NCBI GenBank assembly: GCA_944386745.1
Contig: CALXCG010000002.1
Span: 1 to 58,932 of the forward strand
Origin: an uncultured Clostridia bacterium
Lineage (GTDB): Bacteria; Bacillota; Clostridia; TANB77; CAG-508
DNA length: 58,932 nucleotides
Reading direction: 5' to 3'
This document shows, piece after piece, positions 1 through 11,300 of the stretch (positions are counted from its first letter, which is position 1; each line of letters begins with the position of its first letter). Under the pieces are notes generated by a model that saw nothing but the letters and a program-made list of their open reading frames with translations, made no database searches and was not told the origin of the DNA. Both the position numbers and the translations under genes were made by a program.

Positions 1-1380
1 AGACCTTCATTTAAAAAGATGATTACAGATATTGAAAATGGTGTCGTTAATACTGTTATAACTAAAGACTTATCAAGACTTTCAAGAAATAGTTTTGAAG
101 CTAACTATTACATAGAAATATATTTTTTAGAAAAAAATATAAGATATATTTCAATTTTGGATAATGTAGATACATATTTAAAAAATTCAAATAATGATAT
201 GATACAATTTAAAACTCTAATCAATGACTGGTATAGTAAAGATATTTCAAGAAAAGTAAGAAGCGGTGTATGGGCAAGGAAAGAAAAAGGAATGTATTTA
301 GCAGCAAAAGCCCCTTATGGATATAAAAAAAGCAAAGATAATAAAAATAAATTAGAGATAGATAAAGAGCAAGCAAGAGTTATAAAAATGATTTTTAATA
401 TGTATGATGAAGGAACAAAGATTACTGATATTGCAAAGTATTTAAAAGAACAACAAATATATTGTCCAGATTATTACGATTTTGGAGGAGCTAAAAACGG
501 AGATTATAGTTGGAGAGATGAGGCTATTAGTAGAATTTTAAAAAACAAAGTTTACATTGGACATATAGAATATGGCAAAAAGATTAATCTAAGCTATAAA
601 TCAAAAAAAGTAAAAATTATACCTAGAGAAGAATGGCAAATTGTAGAAAATACACATCAGCCAATTATTTCTAAAGAACAATTTGAAAGAGTTCAAACAA
701 AATTAAGTATTCATAAAAAAACAAAACATAGAAAATATGAATGGAATTTAAATGGACTGGTATTTTGCAAAGAATGTGGAACGAAAATGGTAATCAAAGT
801 AGTTCGTAATAAAGATGGAAATATTAAGTCTAAAAAGATATATTGTGGAACAGCTGTAAGAAAAAATAATACTCTTGATTGTAACAGAAAGTATAAGTCG
901 ATTGACGAGGACATAGTTGAAAAAATAGTTATAGCAAATGTAAAAGAAAAATTAAGCAAAATAAGTAAAAGCGATAAATTAGAAAACTTAATTTTAAATC
1001 AGTATAATGAAAATAGTACAAAGGTATATGATGATAATATAAAAATTCTTGAAAAGCAACTTGAGAAAACCGATAAGACAATAACTTCACTATATGAAGA
1101 TTATAAAAGTGATATTATAGAAATTGATGATTATAAAAGATTTTATAAAACAGAAATAGAACGAAGAACAAACATAAAGAATAATCTTAATTCTATTTTA
1201 AAAGAAAAGGAAAAAAGACCTGTAATAACAAAAGAAAGATTAATATCTATTATGAATGAATTATCTAATATTGAAAACTGGAATAGAGATAAATTATCTG
1301 AAATTATTTACAATATAGAGATTGACAAAGACAACAATATTTACATTAATTATAAATATAATGTTTTCAGCAATATATAA
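1..1380 (+). CDS. Large serine recombinase, 5' end cut by window edge
   Basis: The frame is open from nt 1 (RPSFKK MITDIENG..VITKDLSRLSRN resolvase-domain motif). Recombinase domain (PYGYKK), zinc ribbon (CKECGTKM...YCGT) and C-terminal coiled coil are present. Confidence 0.85.
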   Translation, partial: RPSFKKMITDIENGVVNTVITKDLSRLSRNSFEANYYIEIYFLEKNIRYISILDNVDTYLKNSNNDMIQFKTLINDWYSKDISRKVRSGVWARKEKGMYLAAKAPYGYKKSKDNKNKLEIDKEQARVIKMIFNMYDEGTKITDIAKYLKEQQIYCPDYYDFGGAKNGDYSWRDEAISRILKNKVYIGHIEYGKKINLSYKSKKVKIIPREEWQIVENTHQPIISKEQFERVQTKLSIHKKTKHRKYEWNLNGLVFCKECGTKMVIKVVRNKDGNIKSKKIYCGTAVRKNNTLDCNRKYKSIDEDIVEKIVIANVKEKLSKISKSDKLENLILNQYNENSTKVYDDNIKILEKQLEKTDKTITSLYEDYKSDIIEIDDYKRFYKTEIERRTNIKNNLNSILKEKEKRPVITKERLISIMNELSNIENWNRDKLSEIIYNIEIDKDNNIYINYKYNVFSNI

Positions 1381-1398
1381 TTTAGGATAGGAAACAAA

Positions 1399-2916
1399 AT
1401 GAAAGAATACAAAGCAGGAATTTATTTAAGACTATCAAAAGAAGATACAAATACGAATAATAGTATAGAGGCACAAAGAGACATTACTTTAAACTATGCT
1501 AAAAAATATAATATTAGTGTAATTAATGAATATGTAGATAATGGATATTCAGGAATTTTAGACTCAAGACCAGCTCTGAATAAAATGATAATAGATATTT
1601 TAAGAAAAAAAATAGATATGGTTATTGTTAAAGATTTATCGAGATTAACTAGAGATAAAAATAAAACAGGTTATTATACTGAAGTATTTTTCCCAGATAA
1701 TAATGTTAGGATAATTTCTGTAACAGAATTTATAGATAGTGGCGAAAGATATGAAATTGATGATACTATAATGCTAAGAGGAATAATGAATCAAAGTTAT
1801 ATTGCAGATATTTCTAAGAAGATAAAATCTGTAAAAACTGATATGAAAAAACAAGGAAAATATGTTGAAAAAAATGTACCTTATGGATATAAGAAAGATG
1901 ATGAAAATAAGTACAAAGTGGTTATAGATGAAAAAGTGGCTGATAATGTGAAATTAATATATGAAATGTATTTACAAGGACATTCACAAGGAGAGATTGC
2001 AAAATATTTAACTAAAATGAAAATTGATACACCAAAGAAATATAAAGGACAAAAGGTAACAATTAATGAATGGCGAAGTGATAGTATAAGTAGAATTCTA
2101 AAAGATCCATTTTATACAGGTAAGATGATAATAAATAAAATATATACAGATTACAGAACAAAGAAAAAATATAAAACACCAAAAGAAAAATGGATTTTTA
2201 AAGAAAATACACAGGAAGCAATAATTTCACAAGAACAATTTGACAAAGTACAAAAAATGCTGGAAGAAAAGTTTTATAAACCTAAAAACAAATATGAGTA
2301 TTTATTAAAAGGATTAGTATATTGTGGACATTGTAGGGCAAGAATGCAATACAAATATAGAACAAGAACTAAAATAAGAAATAAGGTATTAGATAATCCT
2401 CAAAAATGTTTGTATTTTAAATGTAGAACGATTTATAAATTTCCTAGTATATGTGACAAAGGACATACGATTATGGAGAGTACATTAAATGAAATAGTAG
2501 TAAATGCTTTAAAACAAAAATTAAATACAATAAATATTGACATAGCCACAAATAAAATTACTGATGAATATAGAAAAAATGATATAACTTATAAAGAAAT
2601 GAAATTACTAAAAAACAATCAAATAAAAATAGACAATAAAATGAAAAAGTTATATAGTAAAAGAGTAGATGGAAAAATATCAATAGAAGATTTTAAATTG
2701 CAGTATGATGAACTTAAAAGTAAATTAAAAGAAACTAAAAAATCTTTAGAACAATTACAAGAAAAGAATAAAAGCAAAATATCAGAAGAAAATTTAAAGA
2801 AAATTGTTATGGATTTTAAACAAGGTAAAGAATTCACAAATGAAATATTAAAGCAACTAATAAACAGAATTGAAGTATATGAAGATAAAAAAGTTGAGAT
2901 AGAATTTAATTTTTAA
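1399..2916 (+). CDS. Large serine recombinase (full length, 505 aa)
   Basis: N-terminal YLRLSKED catalytic-serine motif, VKDLSRLTR, PYGYKK, zinc ribbon YCGHCRARM and a coiled-coil tail. RBS aggaaac lies upstream. Confidence 0.9.
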   Translation: MKEYKAGIYLRLSKEDTNTNNSIEAQRDITLNYAKKYNISVINEYVDNGYSGILDSRPALNKMIIDILRKKIDMVIVKDLSRLTRDKNKTGYYTEVFFPDNNVRIISVTEFIDSGERYEIDDTIMLRGIMNQSYIADISKKIKSVKTDMKKQGKYVEKNVPYGYKKDDENKYKVVIDEKVADNVKLIYEMYLQGHSQGEIAKYLTKMKIDTPKKYKGQKVTINEWRSDSISRILKDPFYTGKMIINKIYTDYRTKKKYKTPKEKWIFKENTQEAIISQEQFDKVQKMLEEKFYKPKNKYEYLLKGLVYCGHCRARMQYKYRTRTKIRNKVLDNPQKCLYFKCRTIYKFPSICDKGHTIMESTLNEIVVNALKQKLNTINIDIATNKITDEYRKNDITYKEMKLLKNNQIKIDNKMKKLYSKRVDGKISIEDFKLQYDELKSKLKETKKSLEQLQEKNKSKISEENLKKIVMDFKQGKEFTNEILKQLINRIEVYEDKKVEIEFNF

Positions 2917-2924
2917 AGAAAAAC

Positions 2925-2948
2925 AATCTAAAATAAATTTAGATTTTT
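2925..2948 (+). terminator. Hairpin plus T-run after the recombinase gene
   Basis: aatctaaa / tttagatt stem followed by ttttt. Confidence 0.45.
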
Positions 2949-2978
2949 AATTAAATATTAAAATGCAGTAAAAAATAC

Positions 2979-3551
2979 CCATCAGATGAAGGGGCAGAAA
3001 GTAAATCAGGGACAACTGAAGCGGAAATAAACTTAAAAATAGCATTGAAGGTGCAAAATTTATTAGAACAAACAGGTAGTACGGTAATATTGACACGTTC
3101 AGAAGAAAATGCAATATATGATTTAGACAGTAAAACCTTAAAACAGAAAAAAGTTAGTGATATAAAAAACAGAGTAAAAATAGGTAACCAATCCTCAGCA
3201 GACATTTTTGTTTCAATACACTTAAATAAAATCCCACAACAACAATACTATGGTTGGCAATGTTTTTTTAATTCAAAAAATGATAATAGTAAAATGTTAG
3301 CAGAGCAGTTACAAGAAAATTTGAATGATTCTATGCAAAAAGAAAATAAAAGAGTAGCAATGAAGTTAGATACAGTATACATTATGAAAAATGTAGAAAT
3401 ACCTATTTCAATAGTTGAGTGTGGATTTTTATCTAATCCAGAAGAAGAAAAACAATTACAAGAGGATGAGTATCAAAATAGGCTTGCATGGGGAATATAT
3501 AATGGTATAACAGACTATTTTTACAATCTTGAAAGTGAAAATTCCAATTGA
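2979..3551 (+). pseudogene. cwlD: 3' portion of germination-specific N-acetylmuramoyl-L-alanine amidase CwlD; N-terminal ~60-70 codons missing
   Basis: The in-frame translation SDEGAESKSGTTEAEINLKIALKVQNLLEQTGSTVILTR...FVSIHLN...ECGFLSNPEE matches CwlD from just after the GHGG motif. Membrane anchor and DPGHGG are absent, and a stop lies at 2952-2954 in the same frame. Confidence 0.8.
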
Positions 3552-3867
3552 GTTTTTGCTGGAATTTACTTTTAAATTTAACATATTTCAAAAAATTTCC
3601 AATTGTGCTTGACATAATTGGAAATTTATGGTATAAGTAATTTGCTTTAAAAATATAAAACTTATATTAATGTAAAGTAAAGAAATATTGTATAATATAG
3701 ATTTAGTTCAAAATTTTCTATCGAAGAAATTTCACAAAAATGAAAAATTGAAAAATAAGAAGAAAAGTAAAGAAAAATATGGAAAAATATATTTAAATCA
3801 TCTAATTTACTATAAAATAAATATTGATTTAATGGTACTATAAAAGTATAATGAAAGGAGCAATAGA

Positions 3868-4560
3868 ATGATAATATATACATCGTATGATTATTTCAAA
3901 TTATATCCATATGTTATAAAACAACGAAATTATGGATTGAAGGATAATAGTCAAAGTTATAGCTTAGAAGTAAGTAGTGGTAAAAAAGAAAAACAATATC
4001 ATAAACATGACAAATTATTTAGAGAAATCTTAAATAGAAATAAAGAAATTGTTAAATTAATTAACAGATATGTAAAACCGAAAAAAGAATTAACTGAAGA
4101 AATGATAGAAAAGTATGATACAAAATTCATAACAACTATCTACGAAAAAAGAGAGGCTGATATAGTATATAAGCTGAAAGGAAAAGAAGTTTTCTTTCTA
4201 ATAGAACATCAAACAAAAGTTGATAAATTAATGTCATATAGAATATTAGAATATAGCTTAGAAATAATTAGGACTAGAATGAAAAATATTAAGGGAAAGA
4301 TAGAAAAGGTAGGAGTTCCAAAAGTAATTCCATTAGTAATTTACACAGGACAGGCAAGATGGACTGCAAAAAATAAATTAGAAGAAGTACAAGTAGAATT
4401 TGAGCATTTCAATGGTATAGATCCAGATTTTGAAAAAGCAAAAAAAGAGGGAAGAGAGAAAGGAATTATAGAAATAGCTAAAAAGATGTTAAATGAAAAA
4501 GTAGACATTGATTTTATTATAAAAATAACAGGATTAAAAAAAGAGCAAATTCTGAATTGA
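3868..4560 (+). CDS. Rpn family recombination-promoting nuclease / PD-(D/E)XK putative transposase
   Basis: HKHDKLFREIL ... FFLIEHQTKVDKLMSYRILEY signature of the YhgA/Rpn family. Confidence 0.7.
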   Translation: MIIYTSYDYFKLYPYVIKQRNYGLKDNSQSYSLEVSSGKKEKQYHKHDKLFREILNRNKEIVKLINRYVKPKKELTEEMIEKYDTKFITTIYEKREADIVYKLKGKEVFFLIEHQTKVDKLMSYRILEYSLEIIRTRMKNIKGKIEKVGVPKVIPLVIYTGQARWTAKNKLEEVQVEFEHFNGIDPDFEKAKKEGREKGIIEIAKKMLNEKVDIDFIIKITGLKKEQILN

Positions 4561-4573
4561 AAGGAGTAAAATT

Positions 4574-4867
4574 ATGAAAACAAAAAAGAAATATGAGGCA
4601 TATACAATATATGATTACTTAAGGATATTACCATATTTAGATAAAATTGATGAAATATCTATGAAAAAAGGAATATTAAGAAAAGATTTTAAGTGTAGTA
4701 CAAAAGAAGAAAATATAAAAGAGTTTTATGAATTGTCAAAAAATTTGTTAGAGAGTGAAGAAATAAGTGAAGAAGAAAAAGAATTAGTAAGAGAGATAGT
4801 GGCAGATTATGAAGATGAAGAGAAACGTAAGATAATAGAAAAACAGTATCTTTGCATTTTTACATAA
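4574..4867 (+). CDS. Hypothetical protein (97 aa, acidic C-terminus)
   Basis: ORF with RBS aaggag 7 nt upstream; no recognisable motif. Confidence 0.4.
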   Translation: MKTKKKYEAYTIYDYLRILPYLDKIDEISMKKGILRKDFKCSTKEENIKEFYELSKNLLESEEISEEEKELVREIVADYEDEEKRKIIEKQYLCIFT

Positions 4868-4949
4868 AAAGTGGTATAATATAGGTGTAACCAAAAATGG
4901 GAGTATAGAAGAATGACTAGATATAGTCGAAAATAAGGAGGACAATAAG

Positions 4950-5141
4950 ATGAAAAAATCAACAAAGAGAACAATTCGGAGATGGATGTGGCTGGTAATT
5001 GCTATGTTAGCATTATGCTTTGGAGCATTTATGTATTTTTCTTCTACATTTTTAGCAGGAATGCTGATTATAAGGAAGGTAATATACATTGTGCTTGCAT
5101 TCATAGTGATAAATGGCTTTGCACATTTCCTCTGTGATTAA
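4950..5141 (+). CDS. Small membrane protein (63 aa, two TM segments)
   Basis: RBS aaggagg; hydrophobic segments; followed by a terminator. Confidence 0.4.
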   Translation: MKKSTKRTIRRWMWLVIAMLALCFGAFMYFSSTFLAGMLIIRKVIYIVLAFIVINGFAHFLCD

Positions 5142-5147
5142 GGATAG

Positions 5148-5171
5148 GGTACTGGATTCCAGTACCTTTTT
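5148..5171 (+). terminator. Intrinsic terminator
   Basis: ggtactgg / ccagtacc stem followed by ttttt. Confidence 0.55.
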
Positions 5172-5309
5172 CCATGTAATATAGTAATTATATTTCTGCA
5201 ATACAAGAAAAATAAAATTAAATTTTTCGAATTAAAAACAAAAAAGTATAAAATTTCCACTCTTTGCAAACAATAAGTTTAAAACATAAAAAGCAAGGAG
5301 TGGAAATTT

Positions 5310-8300
5310 TTGAAAACAACAAAAATATTAAAAATAGATGGAACGTTATTAGACAAAGAGCAACTAAATAGGCATTTGCAAAAAATAGCATCAAGTCATA
5401 ACCTAAAAAACAAAAGTGACAAACAAACATATCCTGTACCAATCATGATAGAAAATTATAAAACAATAGAACAAGTATATGAACTATTAAATGAACATTT
5501 AAAACTAGGAATAAGCATACATCCAGCAGGAGAATGGTTACTAGATAACTTCTATATCATAGAACAAACAGTAAAACAAATAGAAAAAGAATTACCACTA
5601 AAAAAATACAAAAACTTTTTAGGGATTGCAAATGGAAAATATAAAGGATTTGCAAGAATCTATGTATTAGCAGCAGAAATAGTAGCATACACAGATAACA
5701 AAATAGAAAAAGAAGGATTAGAAGAAGCATTGCAAAGTTATCAAAGTAAAAAAACACTAAGCATGGAAGAAATTTGGAATATAGGGATATTTTTGCAAAT
5801 ATCAATAATAGAAAATATAAGAGAATTGTGTGAAAGAATATACAGTTCACAAATGCAAAAATTTAAAGCAGAAAATATAGTAGAAAGATTAATTGAAAAC
5901 AAAAACAAAACTAATATAGTGTGTAAAACAAGTGCATGCAAAAAGATGGAAAAAGATAGTTTTCAAGATATGAAATACCCATTTATAGAATACATGTCAT
6001 ATATATTAAAAAGATATGGAAAAAAGGGATATAGTTATTTAAAAGTTTTAGAAGAAGCAGTAGAAATGGCTGGAACAACAGTACAAGATGTGATTAAAAA
6101 AGAACATTTTGACATAGCTGTTAGAAAAGTTAGTATGGGAAATAGTATTACAAGTATAAAGAAAATTCAAAGAATTAATTTCCTAGAAATATTTGAAAAA
6201 ATAAATGGTGTTGAAGAAATTTTAAGACAAGACCCAAGTAACACATATATAAACATGGATAATAAAACAAAGGAATATTATAGAAATGCTATAAAAGAAA
6301 TATCTAAAAAAACCAAGATTTCAGAAATATATATAGCTAGAAAAACACTAGAATTAGCACAAAAACGTTTAGAAGAAATAGAAGGAGATAATAAAGAAAA
6401 CAAAAAATCACATATAGGATATTACTTAATAGATAAAGGAATTGATGAGCTATATACAGTATTAAAATATAAAGAAAAAAATTCAATAAGTCAAAAAGGA
6501 AAAACAAAAATATATATTTCAGCAATTTATATCACAACATTAATCATAGATATAATTATTTCAGGTATTATAAATTTCAAAACTAGCAATTTATGGATAT
6601 CAATATTAACATTTATTATATTTTTTATTCCAATATCAGAAGTAGCAACACAAATAATACAATATATATTAAGTAAAATAGTAAAACCAAAACTAATACC
6701 AAAACTTGATTTAACACAAGGTTTGTCAAAAGAAATGGCAACAATGGTAGTAATTCCAACAATAGTAAAATCAAAAGAAAAAGTGCAAGAACTAATGAGA
6801 AAACTAGAAGTATATTACTTAGCAAATAAAAGTAAAAACTTGTATTTTACTTTACTTGGAGATTGTTCAGAAAGTGATAAAAGAGAAGAAGATTTTGATG
6901 AAGAAGTAATACAAGAAGGTAAAAAATTAGTAAATGAATTAAATAAAAAATACAATGAGAAAATTTTTAACTTTATATATAGAAAACGTATTTGGAATGA
7001 AGGAGAAAATTCATATCTTGGTTGGGAAAGAAAAAGAGGTATGCTTTCACAATTAAATGAATATTTGTTAGGAAATATAAAGAATCCTTTTAGAGAAAAT
7101 ACATTAGAAAATTTAGATAATATGCCAAAAATAAAATATATTATTACTTTAGATGCAGATACTGATTTAATTCTAAATTCAGCATTTGAGTTAATAGGTG
7201 CAATGTCACATATACTAAATAAACCAGTAATAAATCCAACTACAAATACAGTTACAGAAGGATATGGGATACTTCAACCAAGAGTGGGTATTGATTTAGA
7301 TATAAGTTTTAAAACATTATTTACGAAAATATTTGCAGGAGCAGGAGGAATTGACTCATATAGTAACGCAATTTCAGACACATATCAGGATAATTTTAAT
7401 GAGGGGATTTTTACTGGAAAGGGAATTTATGACTTAGAGGTATATTCAAAAGTATTAAAGGGTGAAATTCCAGAAAATACAGTTTTAAGTCATGATTTGC
7501 TTGAGGGGAGTTATTTGAGATGTGGCTTAGCTTCTGATATTTTGCTTATGGATGGATATCCTACAAAATATAATAGTTTTATGACAAGGCTTGCTAGATG
7601 GATTCGTGGAGATTGGCAGATTACAAAATGGATTGGGAATAAGAAATTAAATTTGTTATCAAAATACAAAATTTTTGATAATTTAAGAAGAAGTTTACTA
7701 GAAATTAGTATTATTGTAACAATAATATATACAAGTATTTTGGGGATTATATATAACCAAAAGATTTATGGAATTGTTACATTTGTTTTACTGATTTCTA
7801 TATTGCCATACATTTTAGAATTTTTAAATAGATTGATATTTAAGAAAGAAGGAGAAGAAAAGCAAAAGACTTTTGCTCCAAAAATCACAGGTTTTAAAGG
7901 AACTTTTTTAAGAGCGGTTATAACTTTAGCAGTTTTACCATATAAAGCATATGTGTCAACAAAATCAATTACAAAAACAATATATAGAATGTGTATAAGT
8001 AAAAAGCATCTACTAGAATGGACAACTTCAGAAGAAGCAGAAAAACAGTCAAAATCAAGTTTGGTTTCATACTTTAATCAAATGGCATTTAATGTACTTG
8101 CAGGTGTGACAACAATTGGATTAGGATTTTTGAAACAAAATGGTTTTGCGTGTGTTTTAGGACTTTTATGGATGGTTGCTCCATGTATAATGTGGTATGT
8201 AAGTAGAACAATCGAAAAACATCCTGCAATAAAAAAATTAAATCAAAAAGATAAAGAGTATGTTTTAGAAATTGGTAAAAAGACTTGGAACTTTTTTGAG

Positions 8301-11300
8301 ACTTATTTGACAAAGGAAAATAATTATCTAATATCAGATAATTATCAAGAGGATAGAAAAGAAGAAATAGTACCTAGAACATCATCTACAAATATTGGGT
8401 TATCTCTTTTAGCAGTTATATCTGCTTATGATTTAAAATATATAACTTTTGAAAAAGCAATTAATTTATTAAAAAATATACTTGATAGCGTAGAGTCACT
8501 TCCAAAGTGGAATGGTCATTTATATAACTGGTATCAAATACAGACAAAAGAACCTCTAGTTCCTAGATATATTTCGACAGTTGATAGTGGTAATTTTGTT
8601 GGATATTTGTATGTAGTTAAATCTTTTTTAGAAGAACAAATAAAAAATACAAACAATGAAAACAAAGAAGAAATGGAGGTAAGCGAAAATAAAAATCAAA
8701 TTCTAAGTGAGTTAGTAGAAAAAGTAACCAAACTAATTAATGATACAGACTTTTCATATTTGTACAGCCAAGAGGAGCAAATCTTTTCAATTGGATTTAA
8801 TATCGAAGATAATAAATTAACAAATTCATATTATGATTTACTTGCATCTGAAGCAAGACAAGCAAGTCTAGTTGCAATAGCAAAAAAAGATGTACCTGCT
8901 AAACATTGGAGTTATTTAAGTAGGACTTTGACTAAATTAGGAAAATATAAAGGGTTGATTTCATGGGCTGGTACTGCGTTTGAGTATTTGATGCCTAATA
9001 TAAATATTCCAAGTTATGAAGGAAGTTTATTAGACGAGTCTTGTAAATTCATGATTAAAAGTCAGATGGAATATAGTAAACAATTAAATGTAGCATGGGG
9101 AATTTCAGAAGCAGCTTTTAACCTAAAAGATTTAAAATCAAATTATCAATATAAGGCATTTGGAATACCATGGCTTGGATTAAAAAGAGGTCTTGCAGAT
9201 GAAATGGTTGTATCTAGTTATGGTGGTATTTTGGCAATAAATGAAGTTCCAAAAGAGGAAGTGCAGAATTTAAAAAGATTAGAACAAGAAGGAATGTATG
9301 GAAAATTTGGATTTTATGAATCAATAGATTATACACCAGAAAGAGTAGAAAGAGGGAAGATATCAAGTGTAGTAAAAACATATATGGCGCATCATCAAGG
9401 ACTAATTTTGCTATCAATTAATAATTTATTTAATAACAATATTCTGCAAAAAAGATTTATGAGAAATCCTGAAATTGATGCAGTTAGTATTTTGTTACAA
9501 GAAACAATGCCAGAGACTTTTGTAACAACAAAAGAGAAAAAGGAAAAGGTAGAAAAGCTAGAATACAAAGATTATGAAGATTATATCCAAACAACATATC
9601 AAAAAATAGAAGAAAGATTGGATATTGGAAATGTAATCTCAAATGAAGATTATATCGTTGCAATGAACCAAAAAGGTCAAGGTGTAAGTAGATATAGGGG
9701 AATTGATATAAATAGATTTAAACCTACAAAAGATTATGCACAAGGAATATTTTTTGCAGTTAAGAGTGTAAAAAGTAAAACTTTAATAAGTTCAAATTAT
9801 GGCTTTAATGATGGACAATATCAAATAAGTTTTATGCCAGATAAAGATGAACAAGAAATAAAAAATAATAATTTGAAAGTGAAAATAAATACAACTGTAA
9901 GTTCTAATGAGCCAGTAGAAATTAGAAGATTAATAATAGAAAATCAGGGAAATGAAGATGATATAGTAGAAGTTACTTCATATTTTGAACCAGTATTATC
10001 AAAGAAAGAACAAGATTATGCACATCCAGTGTTTAATAATTTGTTTTTAACTACAAAATATGATGAAAAAACAAATAGTTTAGTAACAACAAGAAAAGTA
10101 AGGGAAAAGAATCAACCTAAAATTACTGTTGCAACAACTTTATCCACAAATAGTGAAACAATTGGGGATTTTGAGTATGAATTAGAAGCGGAAAAGTTTA
10201 CAGGTAGAGGGAATTTAGAAGTTCCAAACATGATTAAAAATTCAATACCTTTTTCTAAAAAAATAGGATTAGTTACAGAACCAATTATTGCAGAGAAGAG
10301 GACAATTAAGGTAAAAGCACAGGAAAAAGTGATTGTAGATTTTATTTTATCAGTAGGAGAAGATGAAAAACAAGTATTAAATCATTTAGAAAAATATAAA
10401 TCAGCAGAAAATGTGAAAAAAGAATTTGAATTATCAAAGGCAAGAGTAGAGGCTGAAAGTAGATATTTAAGAATAAAAGGAAACGAAATTGAAATTTATC
10501 AAAAAATGCTTTCATATATAATTTTTACAAATCCGCTAAGCAGTCAAAGAAAAGAAAAAACAAACCCTCAAATAGTGTTTAAGCAAAGTGATTTATGGAA
10601 GTATGGAATATCAGGTGATTTACCAATTATTCTTGTAAAAATGAGAAATGTAAACGACAAATATGTCATAAAAGAAGTGCTAAAAGCATATGAATTTTTT
10701 AGAACGAAAAATATTGAGGTTGAGATTGTAATATTAGATGAAGAAAAACATAGTTATGAGAACTATGTAAGAGAAGAAATTGAAGGTGCAATTTTAAATT
10801 CACATATGGCATATTTGAAAAGTCAAAAAGGTGGAATTTTTATATTAACAAAGGGAGAAATTGATAAAAAAGATATTCAATTATTAGATTTTATAGCAGA
10901 TATAGTTTTAAATAGTGATAAAGGTGGATTAAAAAATAATATAAAAGATATTGAAGAAAGATTTTTAGATAGTAGAAAAGAAATTGAAGAAGAAAGTCAA
11001 CTTCCACAAGTAATAGATGAAACAGAAGATATAGATTTATTGGAAAATAGGGAAGATTTGAAATACTATAATGAATATGGTGCTTTTTCTCCAGATGGAA
11101 AAGAATATATAATAAAAGTAAACAAAGATAATAGATTGCCAACAGTTTGGAGTCATATTATAGCAAATGAAAAGTTTGGAACAGTAATAACAGAAAATAT
11201 GGGGGGATATAGTTGGTATAAAAATAGTAGACTAAATAGAGTATCAACTTGGGAAAATAATCCAAATTATGATATTCCTTCAGAAGTTATTTATGTGAAA

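Larger units (their letters stand above)
1..2978 (+). mobile_element. Right-hand end of an integrated element with two tandem large serine recombinase genes; continues left of the window
   Basis: Two LSR genes, then a hairpin. Homology to cwlD begins at about 2979. The left boundary is not in the window. Confidence 0.6.

Noticed and set aside
711-959. Short antisense or out-of-frame ORFs listed in the six-frame track inside long genes (e.g. 711-959, 2619-2837, 5557-5850, 12416-12889, 40399-40668, 48209-48544, 54496-55081, 57004-57255)
   Set aside because: They are low-complexity Leu/Phe/Ile-rich translations typical of the antisense of AT-rich coding DNA. They lack RBSs and are fully embedded in well-supported genes.
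3045-3551. ORF-track call of a 168-aa TTG-initiated gene
   Set aside because: CwlD homology continues in frame upstream of the TTG to about 2979. The ORF is better explained as the 3' fragment of a disrupted cwlD than as an independent gene.
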